A stretch of 64,000 nucleotides of DNA from an uncultured Alphaproteobacteria bacterium (GTDB taxonomy: Bacteria; Pseudomonadota; Alphaproteobacteria; HIMB59; GCA-002718135). Positions 19,745-29,458 of this stretch are shown here, in pieces. A program made the translations under genes and the position numbers. Location of the stretch: contig CACIBE010000006.1 of NCBI GenBank assembly GCA_902584805.1, positions 26,638 to 90,637 of the forward strand, given 5' to 3'. The notes under the pieces were generated by a model. That model made no database searches, was not told the origin of the DNA, and saw only the letters and a program-made list of their open reading frames with translations. Position 1 is the first letter of the stretch; the number at the start of each line of letters is the position of its first letter.

Positions 19745-20856
19745 TTTAATTTTGTTGAAAAGTTAAAAATAGTAAATATTAAAAAGAAAATTACACCAAA
19801 TATAATTAAAAAATAATTGATATTAAAGCTTATTAAAGCACCAATGATAGTTGGACCAATAAAGGAACCAATATTTTCACATATGCTATAACTTGCTACT
19901 CCAAAAACAATTAAATGGCTTTTTAAATTAGTGTTAATTAAATTGAAATTAATAAGGAATAAACTTCCTACAGATAAATAAAAAATAAAAGTAAAGAAAA
20001 TGATAGTAAAATAATTTTCTGTAAAAAAGAAAATAATTAATCCAGCAATGGAAATTAAGCAGAATATATTTAAAATTAAAACTTTACTAATTTTATCTAT
20101 TAATTTTCCTATTAATGGAAAAATTAATAACACTAACATTCCTGAAGTAAAATTAATTCTTCCAACATCTTTATCTGCAAACCCTTTTTCAATTAAGAAT
20201 GATGGAAAGAGAGAACTCCAACCTGCATCACTAATTCCTAAAAAAAATACACAAATTAAAATAAATTTAATATTATTAATCACATTATAAGATAATGAAA
20301 ACTCAACCTTTTCAACTTTTGTTAAGAGTATGCTCGATTTAGAAACAAAAACTGGTAAAAATTGAAATACAATAAGCAGTATAGCGATTACGTAACTTAA
20401 ATAATTAACTCCATTAAATGCAATAATAAGAGAGCCCAGTATTGCTCCAAATCCCGCACTAGACCAAAACAAAGAAATATAAAAACCTGATTTATTTTTA
20501 AATTCTGAACTAATGTATGTTTCAATTGTCAAAAAATTGATATGATTTGTAAATCCCATGACAAATGTAATAATCACAATAGTGAAAATGCTGAATTGAA
20601 AAAATAAAAGTAAAAAAAATAATAATTGAATTAAAATAGAACAAATTAAAGTAAAAAATAAACTATACTTTTCTCTAATAATATTATGCAAAAATGAAGA
20701 AACAATAACTCCAAGTGCAAAAAAGGACAAAGAAAAACCAATTAAAGATTCATTATAATTTTTTAATTTAAGATCTATTGCTAGAGTAGAAGATAGAAAA
20801 CTTGCTGCAAGAGCAAAAGAAAATATGATTGTCGAATAATTAATAATATTCCTCAT
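19723..20856 (-). CDS. MFS transporter (distantly YcaD-like), substrate unknown
   Basis: About 12 hydrophobic helices, GKLIDKISK motif-A-like loop, IGSFIGPTIIG; its stop codon lies inside the tRNA on the opposite strand. Confidence 0.8.
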   Translation of the reverse strand: MRNIINYSTIIFSFALAASFLSSTLAIDLKLKNYNESLIGFSLSFFALGVIVSSFLHNIIREKYSLFFTLICSILIQLLFFLLLFFQFSIFTIVIITFVMGFTNHINFLTIETYISSEFKNKSGFYISLFWSSAGFGAILGSLIIAFNGVNYLSYVIAILLIVFQFLPVFVSKSSILLTKVEKVEFSLSYNVINNIKFILICVFFLGISDAGWSSLFPSFLIEKGFADKDVGRINFTSGMLVLLIFPLIGKLIDKISKVLILNIFCLISIAGLIIFFFTENYFTIIFFTFIFYLSVGSLFLINFNLINTNLKSHLIVFGVASYSICENIGSFIGPTIIGALISFNINYFLIIFGVIFFLIFTIFNFSTKLNGGPSGT

Positions 20857-20903
20857 TATTTTCTTGAATAATCTTTTTATACAATTAATAAAGCCCTAAA
20901 TAG

Positions 20904-21968
20904 ATGGCATTAATTTCACTTAGACAACTTTTGGATCACGCTGCAGAGAATAATTACGGTGTACCAGCTTTTAATGTAAATAACCTGGAAGCGATTAGGG
21001 CTATAATGGAAGGGGCTAAAGAGTTAAATAGCCCAGTTATTTTGCAAGCTTCTGGAGCAGCAAGAAAATACGCTGGCCCCATTTTTGTTAAAAAATTAGT
21101 AGAAGCCGCAATGGACGAATTTTCAGACATTCCAACTGTTTTACATCAAGATCATGGTGGATCTCCATCAGATTGCAAAAATTGTATCGAACTTGGATTT
21201 ACTTCTGTCATGATGGATGGCTCCTTAATGGATGACCAAAAAACACCTTCAGACTTTGATTATAACGTTAGAGTTACCAAAGAAACAACTGATATGGCGC
21301 ATGCCTTAGGTGTTTCCGTTGAAGGAGAAATTGGATGCTTAGGTTCTTTGGAAACTGGAACTGGGGAAAAAGAAGATGGTGTTGGTGCAGAAGGAAAACT
21401 TGATCATGATCAACTTTTAACAGATCCAGATGAGGCATCAGATTTTGTTAAGGCAACTAATGTAGATGCATTAGCTATTGCTATTGGAACGAGTCATGGA
21501 GCTTATAAATTTTCTCGACCACCTACAGGTGATATTTTAGCAATTGATAGAATTAAAGAAATACATTCAAGACTTCCAAATACTCATTTAGTAATGCATG
21601 GATCATCCTCTGTTCCTCAAGATTTAATAAAAACTATTAACGAATATGGCGGAAAAATAAAAGAAACATACGGTGTACCTGTGTCTGAAATCCAAGAAGG
21701 AATTAAACATGGTGTTCGAAAAGTAAATGTTGATACAGACTTAAGACTAGCAGCTACAGCTGCAGTAAGAAAATATTTCCATGAAAACCCTTCTCAATTT
21801 GATCCTAGAAAATATTTATTACTTTCAAAAGACGCTATGAAAGAAGTTGTAAAAAGTAGACTTCAAGAATTTGGAACTGCAGGAAATGCTTCATCTATAA
21901 ACTCAATTTCTTTAGGTGAAATGTCAAAAAAATATAAATCTGGTGAGTTTAAAGCTATTATCAATTAG
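20904..21968 (+). CDS. fba: Fructose-bisphosphate aldolase class II
   Basis: [63 protein letters not shown]. Confidence 0.96.
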   Translation: MALISLRQLLDHAAENNYGVPAFNVNNLEAIRAIMEGAKELNSPVILQASGAARKYAGPIFVKKLVEAAMDEFSDIPTVLHQDHGGSPSDCKNCIELGFTSVMMDGSLMDDQKTPSDFDYNVRVTKETTDMAHALGVSVEGEIGCLGSLETGTGEKEDGVGAEGKLDHDQLLTDPDEASDFVKATNVDALAIAIGTSHGAYKFSRPPTGDILAIDRIKEIHSRLPNTHLVMHGSSSVPQDLIKTINEYGGKIKETYGVPVSEIQEGIKHGVRKVNVDTDLRLAATAAVRKYFHENPSQFDPRKYLLLSKDAMKEVVKSRLQEFGTAGNASSINSISLGEMSKKYKSGEFKAIIN

Positions 21969-22013
21969 CTTTTTATTATTGATAAAAATTATTTTTTAAT
22001 CCAAAATATAAAT

Positions 22014-22841
22014 ATGAAAAAAGTTTCACAGCTTGATGAATATTTATTTGATTTAAATGGATATTTAATAATTGAAAATGCTTTAAGTAAAAAAGAATTA
22101 AAAGATCTTAATAATATTCTAGATAAATTAAAAAGTTTAAAACATAAAGAATGGGCAGGCTATGTTCATGGACACAATTACGGTGGTAAGGAAGGTTTAA
22201 ATCTTCAACAAATTTATGAAGCCGGAAAACCCTTTGAAAAATTAATTGATCATCCTTCATGGATAAATCATATGCTTCATTTTGTTGGAGGAAAAGATAC
22301 ATTTGATCAACATCATGGACCATTATTTATCGATGAAAATTTTGCGAATATTAGAGGGCAAGGAGAAGCTATTGGAATTCATTCTGGTGCTCACGAAGGA
22401 ACTCAAAGAGGTCATTATAGATTTGAAAATGGAAAATTTCACTGCGGACAAATTAATATTTTGCTAGCTCTCAATGATATAGGCCCTGGTGATGGTGGTA
22501 CAGTCATTATTCCTTCATCACATAAATCAAATTTACGTCATCCAGAGTTTGATAAACATGTTATGAAAAAGGGCAAAGTTACATCAGCTGATAATATGAC
22601 AGCTTCAAAAGAAATTTATTTAAAAGCTGGAGATGGACTATTATTTGTAGATTCACTTTGTCATGGTTCTGCAAAAAGAACAAATAAAGGAGAAAGAAGA
22701 ATTGTTGTTTACAGATATGGGCCTTCTTGGGGTTTTTTTAGACACCCTTATCGACCTTCAAAAAAACTACTTTCAAATCTCACTGAATTTCAAAAAAAAA
22801 TAGTAATGCCTCACGAGCAAGTGCTTTCACCAAATAACTAA
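22014..22841 (+). CDS. PhyH-fold Fe(II)/2-OG enzyme with non-canonical HxG iron motif (halogenase-like signature)
   Basis: YLFDLNGYLIIENAL N-terminus, GGTVIIPSSHKS, GDGLLFVDSLCH217GS, GERR; the expected HxD position reads H123-S-G125. Confidence 0.8.
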   Translation: MKKVSQLDEYLFDLNGYLIIENALSKKELKDLNNILDKLKSLKHKEWAGYVHGHNYGGKEGLNLQQIYEAGKPFEKLIDHPSWINHMLHFVGGKDTFDQHHGPLFIDENFANIRGQGEAIGIHSGAHEGTQRGHYRFENGKFHCGQINILLALNDIGPGDGGTVIIPSSHKSNLRHPEFDKHVMKKGKVTSADNMTASKEIYLKAGDGLLFVDSLCHGSAKRTNKGERRIVVYRYGPSWGFFRHPYRPSKKLLSNLTEFQKKIVMPHEQVLSPNN

Positions 22842-22934
22842 AAAAACAAGATTATTTACTAGTTAAATACATTTTTTTTATCTTGATTTTTCGATCAATT
22901 TAACTTTTAAATGATATATTAAAGGGAGGAATAG

Positions 22935-24188
22935 ATGAAATTAATAAAATCCTTAATTTTGTCTCTTGCAGTTTTAGTTGGGTTTTCATCAACTTCAAAT
23001 GCTAGAGATATTACACTTTCAATGTGGACGCACAACCAGCTCTATGTTGATTATTTCAATACTTATCTTGAAGAAGTGCAAGCTGCATTTCCAGATGATA
23101 ATATTACTTTTGATTTTCAAGTTACGCCTGATATGGCTACAAACAGTTTAACGGCGATTGCTTCAGGTTCTGAACATACTGATCTTTTAGGAATTGAGAT
23201 AAGCGGTTTTGGTCTATTTATGGTTGATGATATTATTTCAGACAACTTTGTACCACTAACAGATATGTACGGTGACATGTCTCAATGGAATCCAGGAAAA
23301 GTAGCTGCTTGGACTCACACTAATGGTGAGATATATGGAATTGAAAGTGAAGGCTGTTATATGGTCTATTACTACAACCCAAGCATTCTTGAAAGTTATG
23401 GTAAATCAGTACCAAAAACTTGGGATGAGTTTATGGAAACTGGAAAAATTTTAGCAAAAGATGGAATTTCAATGATGCTATCTGAGTTAAGATTTATTGG
23501 AATGTACCAACAAGCTGGTGGTAAATTCTTCAATGAAGATGGTGAATTTGAAATGGATGAAGATCTTTTCATGGAGGTTTTAAAATTCCAAGAAGAAGCT
23601 TTTGCATCCGGAGTAATTAATTATACTACTGACTATTGGGGTCAAACACCTGGTGTTCTTTACAATTCAAAGCAAACTGTAGGAACTATGGCGCCTGACT
23701 GGTATAACAACTGTTGTTTACAACCTACAGTTAAGGATACACAGTCTGGTGAGTGGAGAGTTGCTCCTCTTCCTACTTGGGGAGATGAAGGATATAAAAC
23801 TTTTCACTGGGGTGGAACTGGTTTTGCCATTCATAAATCTTCAGAAGCTGTAGATGTTGCTAAAAAGTTACTTGAACTCGCTTACTTCTCATATGAAGGT
23901 CAAATTGCAAAATATGATTTCTTCGGAGGAATGCCTACTTTATTGGCTGCTCTTGAAGATCCAAGAATTGCAGATAAAAAATTTGATTTTTATGGAGGTC
24001 AAAAATTTGCAGAGCCATTTATTTCTGTAGCAGGGTCAAGTGCTGATGACTATCAGCATGTTGGTCGAGCTATTATTGATAGTGTTTCTCGTGATTTGAC
24101 AACATTATTAGCAAATGGTGAAATAACTGCTGAGGAAGCTCATGAAAGGTTCATTTCACAAGTTCAGGATGAACTTGACTTTTTATAG
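22935..24188 (+). CDS. Sugar ABC transporter solute-binding protein (CUT1, SBP family 1)
   Basis: Signal peptide, NGEIYGI, YYNPSILE..G..PKTWDEF, WRVAPLP, WGGTGFAI; GGAGGA SD at 22925-22930. Confidence 0.88.
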   Translation: MKLIKSLILSLAVLVGFSSTSNARDITLSMWTHNQLYVDYFNTYLEEVQAAFPDDNITFDFQVTPDMATNSLTAIASGSEHTDLLGIEISGFGLFMVDDIISDNFVPLTDMYGDMSQWNPGKVAAWTHTNGEIYGIESEGCYMVYYYNPSILESYGKSVPKTWDEFMETGKILAKDGISMMLSELRFIGMYQQAGGKFFNEDGEFEMDEDLFMEVLKFQEEAFASGVINYTTDYWGQTPGVLYNSKQTVGTMAPDWYNNCCLQPTVKDTQSGEWRVAPLPTWGDEGYKTFHWGGTGFAIHKSSEAVDVAKKLLELAYFSYEGQIAKYDFFGGMPTLLAALEDPRIADKKFDFYGGQKFAEPFISVAGSSADDYQHVGRAIIDSVSRDLTTLLANGEITAEEAHERFISQVQDELDFL

Positions 24189-24200
24189 ACGATAATTTTT

Positions 24201-24227
24201 AAAGCAGGGTTTTTACCCTGCTTTTTT
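24201..24227 (+). terminator. Intrinsic-terminator-like hairpin after the SBP gene
   Basis: AAAGCAGGGT-tttt-ACCCTGCTTT with a T6 tail. Confidence 0.82.
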
Positions 24228-24250
24228 AAAAATAAAATCAAAATAATAAT

Positions 24251-26077
24251 ATGTCAGTTGTGAGTAATAGTAGAAGATTAAGACCTGAAAAGGTTGCGCC
24301 GTATTTTTTTATATCGCCATTTTATATTATTTTTACAATTTTTTTTCTTTTACCTACCATAGCTTCTTTTATTTTAGCTTTTTACAAATGGAAAGGTGTA
24401 AAGGCTCCTAAACCTAGGGGATGGGGAAATTTTGAATATTTATTTTTTAAAGACCAAAACTTTTGGGAAACTTTCCAAAATACAGTATTTTATTCTGCGG
24501 GCAGTGTATTTATTACTATTCCCCTTGCTCTTTTATTAGCTCTTGCTCTTAATAGTCATAGTTTAAAACTAAAACCTTTTTGGCGTTTAGTATTTTTCTC
24601 ACCGATTGTTACTTCAGTTGTTGCGGCTGCATTAACTTTCAAGATGATATTAAATAGTGAATTTGGATTACTTAATTATGTAATTGGTTTTATTGGAATT
24701 GAACCAGTCAATTGGGTTGAATCTTCAGCAACCTCAAAGTGGTCTGTCATGATGTTAGTAATATGGAGATGGACTGGTTTAACCTGTATTTATTTTTTAG
24801 CTGGACTACAATTTATAGATAGAACTTTGTATGAAGCTGCAAAAATTGACGGTGCAACAGCATGGCATCAATTCTGGTATGTTACTCTTCCTCAATTAGC
24901 ACCAGTTACTCTTTTTGTTTGTATAATTGTTTCTATTGGCTCTTTTCAAATATTTGAAGATGTATTTGTTATGTATAGTGGAAACGATGTTCCAACTCAC
25001 GCTAAATCAATGGTTGTATACATGATGGAAAGAGGTTTCAATCAACTCAAATTAGGTTTTGGTTCCTCTATTGGTGTATTTATGTTCATCTGTATTTTAG
25101 CTATATCATTATTTCAATTTAGATCATTTGCATCAAATTTAGATCAGGATGCTAAAAAAAGTTTTATTGAGAGAATTTTATCTCCTATCATAGATTTTAT
25201 TGCTAATATTTTTCCAATAGAATCTTCTACTTCTAGTAAAAAATCTTTATCTCCAAAAATTGGTAAATATTCATTAAATTTTATAATTACAATTATTGGT
25301 TTGATAACACTTATTCCTTACGCTTTCATGCTTACCTCTTCAGTTAAATCAACAGCAGAAATAATGGCATGGCCACCTATAATGTGGTCTAAAAGTCCTA
25401 ATTGGGTAAATGTAACAAAATTATTTACTGAGTTTCCAGCAAGTTTATGGATATTCAATTCCTTCTTTGTTGCTATTGCTGTTACAATTCTAACGATCTT
25501 TTTATGTACTTTAGCTGGGTATGCGTTTGCAAAATATAATTTTAAGGGAAAAAATAAACTTTTCATATTTATGGTAGCAACTGCAATGATACCTTTTCCT
25601 ATTATAATGATCCCTCTTTATGTTTTAGTAGGTAGAATGGGAATGAATGATACCTTATCGGGATTAATAGTTCCTTTTATAGCTCCTGCAATAGGAATTT
25701 TTATGATGAGACAGTTCATAACATCTGTTCCCGATGAATTAATTCAAGCAGCAAGATCAGATGGCGCTGGTGAGTTTAGAATATTTTGGCAAATAGTTGT
25801 CCCACTTGTTTGGCCTGGTATTGCTACTCTAGCAATAATTACATTTGTTAATTCTTGGAATAGTTTCTTATGGCCTCTTATTATTTTAAGAGATGATCTT
25901 AATTACACCATTCCTCTTGGTATGACTGAAGTATTTGCGCTGAGTGTTGGTCAGGAGCCGCAGTATGGACAAGCTATGGCTTTTGCAACCTTAACAACAA
26001 TTCCAATTATAGTCATTTTTTCTTTTGTTCAAAAATATTATATTGCTGGCTTATCAGCAGGAGCAGTAAAAGGTTAG
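24251..26077 (+). CDS. Fused double sugar ABC permease (MalF-like + MalG-like in one polypeptide)
   Basis: 608 aa with two EAA loops (LYEAAKIDGA, LIQAARSDGA), WNSFLWP and terminal GLSAGAVKG. Confidence 0.9.
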   Translation: MSVVSNSRRLRPEKVAPYFFISPFYIIFTIFFLLPTIASFILAFYKWKGVKAPKPRGWGNFEYLFFKDQNFWETFQNTVFYSAGSVFITIPLALLLALALNSHSLKLKPFWRLVFFSPIVTSVVAAALTFKMILNSEFGLLNYVIGFIGIEPVNWVESSATSKWSVMMLVIWRWTGLTCIYFLAGLQFIDRTLYEAAKIDGATAWHQFWYVTLPQLAPVTLFVCIIVSIGSFQIFEDVFVMYSGNDVPTHAKSMVVYMMERGFNQLKLGFGSSIGVFMFICILAISLFQFRSFASNLDQDAKKSFIERILSPIIDFIANIFPIESSTSSKKSLSPKIGKYSLNFIITIIGLITLIPYAFMLTSSVKSTAEIMAWPPIMWSKSPNWVNVTKLFTEFPASLWIFNSFFVAIAVTILTIFLCTLAGYAFAKYNFKGKNKLFIFMVATAMIPFPIIMIPLYVLVGRMGMNDTLSGLIVPFIAPAIGIFMMRQFITSVPDELIQAARSDGAGEFRIFWQIVVPLVWPGIATLAIITFVNSWNSFLWPLIILRDDLNYTIPLGMTEVFALSVGQEPQYGQAMAFATLTTIPIIVIFSFVQKYYIAGLSAGAVKG

Positions 26078-26078
26078 T

Positions 26079-27122
26079 ATGGAAAAAATTAAATGGGGAA
26101 TTATAGGACCTGGAAGTATAGCAAATAATTTTGCAGATGGACTTAAAGGTTCTTATTCTGGTCAACTAGTAAGTATAGCAAGTAAAAATGATGATCGCCG
26201 AAAAAGCTTTGGTGATAAATACGATATTCATCCTGATTTTAGATTTGATAATTATGATGATATTATAAATTCAGAACATATTGATGCTATTTATATTTCG
26301 ACACCACATACTCTACATGCTGAATGGACAATAAAAGCTGCAGGAAAAGGAAAGCATGTTCTTTGTGAAAAACCAGGAGCTGTAAATCTAAACCAAGGTA
26401 AAAAAATTATAGAGGCTGTAAAAGAAGCTGGAGTTTTTTATATGGAAGGCTTTATGTATCGATGTCATCCTCAAATTCCAAAACTTTTAGAAGTAATAAA
26501 AAATAAAGCGATAGGGGATATCACATCAATTGAAGCTTCTTTTGGTTTTGATATGGGTAAAACAATACCAGATCACAGATTATTTAATAAAAATTTAGCA
26601 GGTGGAGGTATCCTTGATGTTGGGTTATATCCCATTTCTTTTTCTAGACTTATTGCAGGGGTCGCAACTGGCGAAAAATTTTTAGAACCTAAATTTATAG
26701 AAGCTGAAGCGAGAATAGGAGAAACAGGGGTAGATGAGGTTGCCCATGCAAATTTAGAATTTAAAAATGGTATAAAAGCTAAAGTCTCAACTGCAGTTAT
26801 GGAAAGTATGAAAAACAATGCAGTTATCTTAGGATCGGATGGCAAAATTGAGTTGCCAGATCCATGGATGCCTGGAAGAGAAGGCGGCCCATACCATGCT
26901 AAAATAATTATTACAAAAGAAGGTAATGAAGAAATTATAGATGTTAAAGGGCCAGAACATTTGTTTTTCTTCGAAGGAGAACTTGCAAGTCAGTGTATTG
27001 CAAAAGAAAAAACACAACCACCTCATCCAGCAATGACTTGGGAAGATACATTAGGTAATCTTCAAGCTCTTGATACATGGAGAGAGAAAGTAAATTATAA
27101 ACTACCACAGGATGATATATGA
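26079..27122 (+). CDS. Gfo/Idh/MocA family oxidoreductase (sugar dehydrogenase)
   Basis: WGIIGPGSIA Rossmann motif, YISTPH..H, LCEKP, GGGILDVGLY. Confidence 0.9.
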   Translation: MEKIKWGIIGPGSIANNFADGLKGSYSGQLVSIASKNDDRRKSFGDKYDIHPDFRFDNYDDIINSEHIDAIYISTPHTLHAEWTIKAAGKGKHVLCEKPGAVNLNQGKKIIEAVKEAGVFYMEGFMYRCHPQIPKLLEVIKNKAIGDITSIEASFGFDMGKTIPDHRLFNKNLAGGGILDVGLYPISFSRLIAGVATGEKFLEPKFIEAEARIGETGVDEVAHANLEFKNGIKAKVSTAVMESMKNNAVILGSDGKIELPDPWMPGREGGPYHAKIIITKEGNEEIIDVKGPEHLFFFEGELASQCIAKEKTQPPHPAMTWEDTLGNLQALDTWREKVNYKLPQDDI

Positions 27123-28072
27123 AATACGGTAGAATAGAAGGAATAAATAAAGACATTTCTAAACTTGTTATGGGATGTGATAACCAAGACGATATCAATG
27201 AGGCTTCAAAGTTATGGGATCATTGGATTGAAGTTGGTGGCAATATCTTTGATACTGCATTTATTTATGGGGGTGGTAATCATGAAAAAGTTTTTGGCGA
27301 ATGGTTAAAAAATAATAATAGACAAGATGTTTTAATACTTGGCAAAGGTGCGCATTCACCTGAATGTAATCCTGAAGCAATTTCAAAGCAATTAACTATC
27401 TCTCTTGAACGAATGAAAACAGATTATGTTGATATTTATATCATGCACCGAGATAATACTGATTATCCAATTGATGAATTCATGGATGTTTTGAATGAGG
27501 AAAAAGAAAAAGGTAGAATTAAAATATTTGGTGGTTCAAATTGGACAATACAAAGATTTAAAGAAGCAAATGAATGGGCAGAAAAAAATAATAAACAAGA
27601 AATGTCAATTTTAAATAATAATTTAGCACTTGCTAAAATGATTAAGCCTCTTTGGAATGGTTGCTTATCATCTAATACTGAAGAGATATTGGCATACCTA
27701 AATTCTTCACAAAAATCTCATATGTCTTGGTCTAGTCAAGCAAGAGGTTATTTTTTACCTGATAATATAACGCAAGAGATTGAAGATAAAATTACTAAGG
27801 CGGAGACATACCGAGCACCAGGGGAGAACTCAAGCGGTCCTATTAGTTGCTATGATAGTGAAGATAATAGAGAAAGAAAAAAAAGAGCTATGGAGTTAGC
27901 TGATAAAAAAGGCTGTTCTGCTCATAATATTGCAGCAAGCTGGACCATAAACCAGTCTTTTCCTTCTTTTGCATTAATTGGCCCTAGATCTGTAAAAGAG
28001 TTAGATACAACCCTCCCTTGTCTTGATATTGAACTGAGCCAAGAAGAAATTAATTGGTTGAACCTTCTCTAA
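27119..28072 (+). CDS. Aldo/keto reductase
   Basis: FDTAFIY (Asp/Tyr), LGKG (Lys), SLERMKTDYVDIYIMHRD (His), GGSNW, LIGPRS. Confidence 0.9.
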   Translation: MKYGRIEGINKDISKLVMGCDNQDDINEASKLWDHWIEVGGNIFDTAFIYGGGNHEKVFGEWLKNNNRQDVLILGKGAHSPECNPEAISKQLTISLERMKTDYVDIYIMHRDNTDYPIDEFMDVLNEEKEKGRIKIFGGSNWTIQRFKEANEWAEKNNKQEMSILNNNLALAKMIKPLWNGCLSSNTEEILAYLNSSQKSHMSWSSQARGYFLPDNITQEIEDKITKAETYRAPGENSSGPISCYDSEDNRERKKRAMELADKKGCSAHNIAASWTINQSFPSFALIGPRSVKELDTTLPCLDIELSQEEINWLNLL

Positions 28073-28160
28073 TATTACTATCAAATTGCGTTAATTTAAC
28101 TGGTTGACTTTATTACAGAGATATTCATTGTTCTTTATTAATTAATCAAAGGGAGGAAAA

Positions 28161-29405
28161 ATGAAAAAATTTTTTTCAATACTTTTAACTTTATTTTTAC
28201 CTCTATCTTTTACTAATGTTTCTAAAGCTGCAGGGCATATGGAAGCTGAAGTTATTCACTGGTGGACATCTGGTGGAGAACAAGCTGCTATCTCTCAATT
28301 TGCAGAAGCTTGGCAAGAGATGGGTAATACTTGGATTGATACTGCTATTACTGGTGGAGACAATGCAAGAGGAACAACTGTAAACAGAATTATTGGAGGA
28401 AATCCTCCAACTGCAGCACAGTTTAATATTTCAAAACAATTTGTAGACTTAGTTGAGCAGGGCTTACTTCAATCACTTGAAGAAGTTGCATCTGCAGAAG
28501 GTTGGAGAGATTTTATTTATCCACCTGAACTAATCGAAACGTGCGAATTTGAAGGTGAATTTTATTGTGTACCAGTAAACATTCACAGTTGGCAATGGAT
28601 GTGGATTAACAACGATGTATATAAACAAGTTGGTCTTCCAGTTCCACAAACATTTGAAGAATTTTTAGCCGGTGCACCAAAAATACAAGAAGCAGGAATT
28701 ATTCCTTTAGCTCTTGGTGGACAAACATGGCAAGAGTCTGGAATGTTTGGAGTTGTATCATCTTCAATTCTAGGTTTTCCTCACATGCAAAAAATATTTA
28801 GAGATAAAGATGTTGATACTCTAAGAGATGGAAGATTTGCAGATGTGTTAAATACTTATAGAGAACTTAATGCATTTACTGATGAGGGTTCTCCAGGAAG
28901 ATTGTGGAATGATACTACTGCAATGGTCATCGAAGGTAAAGCTGCAATGCAAGTCATGGGTGACTGGGCAAGAGGTGAATTTGCTGTTGCTGGAAAAGAG
29001 GCAATGGTTGATTATTCTTGTATAATTCCAGGAAAAGAAAAATATGTAGCCCTTGGTGGTGACGTGTTTGTTTTCCCTAAAAATGATGATCCAAAAGTAA
29101 AAGATGTTCAACTTGCAATGGCTAGTATGATGGTAAATCCAACTGTACAAGCTAAGTTTAACAATGCTAAAGGATCTCTTCCAATGAGACTTGACGTTGA
29201 TACTTCAGCTGCTGACGCTTGTATGCAAATGGGTTTAGATTTAATTCAAAATCCTGATGCAATCATGAGAGAAAGTGATGATTGGAACACTCCAGCATTT
29301 ACTAACGCTTGGGATGATATTATTTCTGAATTTAGAAATGATCCTAATTACACAGTTGCGCAAGTAATGGACGACCTTGAAGGCGTTTTAACAAGCGGTC
29401 TATAA
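28161..29405 (+). CDS. Sugar ABC solute-binding protein, glucose/mannose/glucoside (GtsA-like) subfamily
   Basis: EVIHWWTSGGE signature, GGNPPTAAQ, PVNIH, AAMQVMGDWARGEF; GGAGGA SD at 28152-28157. Confidence 0.88.
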   Translation: MKKFFSILLTLFLPLSFTNVSKAAGHMEAEVIHWWTSGGEQAAISQFAEAWQEMGNTWIDTAITGGDNARGTTVNRIIGGNPPTAAQFNISKQFVDLVEQGLLQSLEEVASAEGWRDFIYPPELIETCEFEGEFYCVPVNIHSWQWMWINNDVYKQVGLPVPQTFEEFLAGAPKIQEAGIIPLALGGQTWQESGMFGVVSSSILGFPHMQKIFRDKDVDTLRDGRFADVLNTYRELNAFTDEGSPGRLWNDTTAMVIEGKAAMQVMGDWARGEFAVAGKEAMVDYSCIIPGKEKYVALGGDVFVFPKNDDPKVKDVQLAMASMMVNPTVQAKFNNAKGSLPMRLDVDTSAADACMQMGLDLIQNPDAIMRESDDWNTPAFTNAWDDIISEFRNDPNYTVAQVMDDLEGVLTSGL

Positions 29406-29418
29406 TATAATATATAAA

Positions 29419-29442
29419 TTAGGGCAGGAAATCCTGCCCTAA
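29419..29442 (+). terminator. Hairpin after the third SBP gene
   Basis: TTAGGGCAGG-aaat-CCTGCCCTAA, 10-bp stem followed by CTTTATTTT. Confidence 0.8.
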
Positions 29443-29458
29443 CTTTATTTTAAATTAA

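Noticed and set aside
20904-21968. Class II aldolase of the CbbA-like subtype as evidence for a Calvin cycle
   Set aside because: This subtype is the ordinary Fba of many proteobacteria; no RuBisCO or PRK is present in the window.
22883-22898. TTGAT-N6-ATCAA palindrome upstream of the second SBP, as an FNR site
   Set aside because: FNR requires N4 spacing, and a 5-bp AT-rich palindrome is expected by chance; it could still be an unknown operator.
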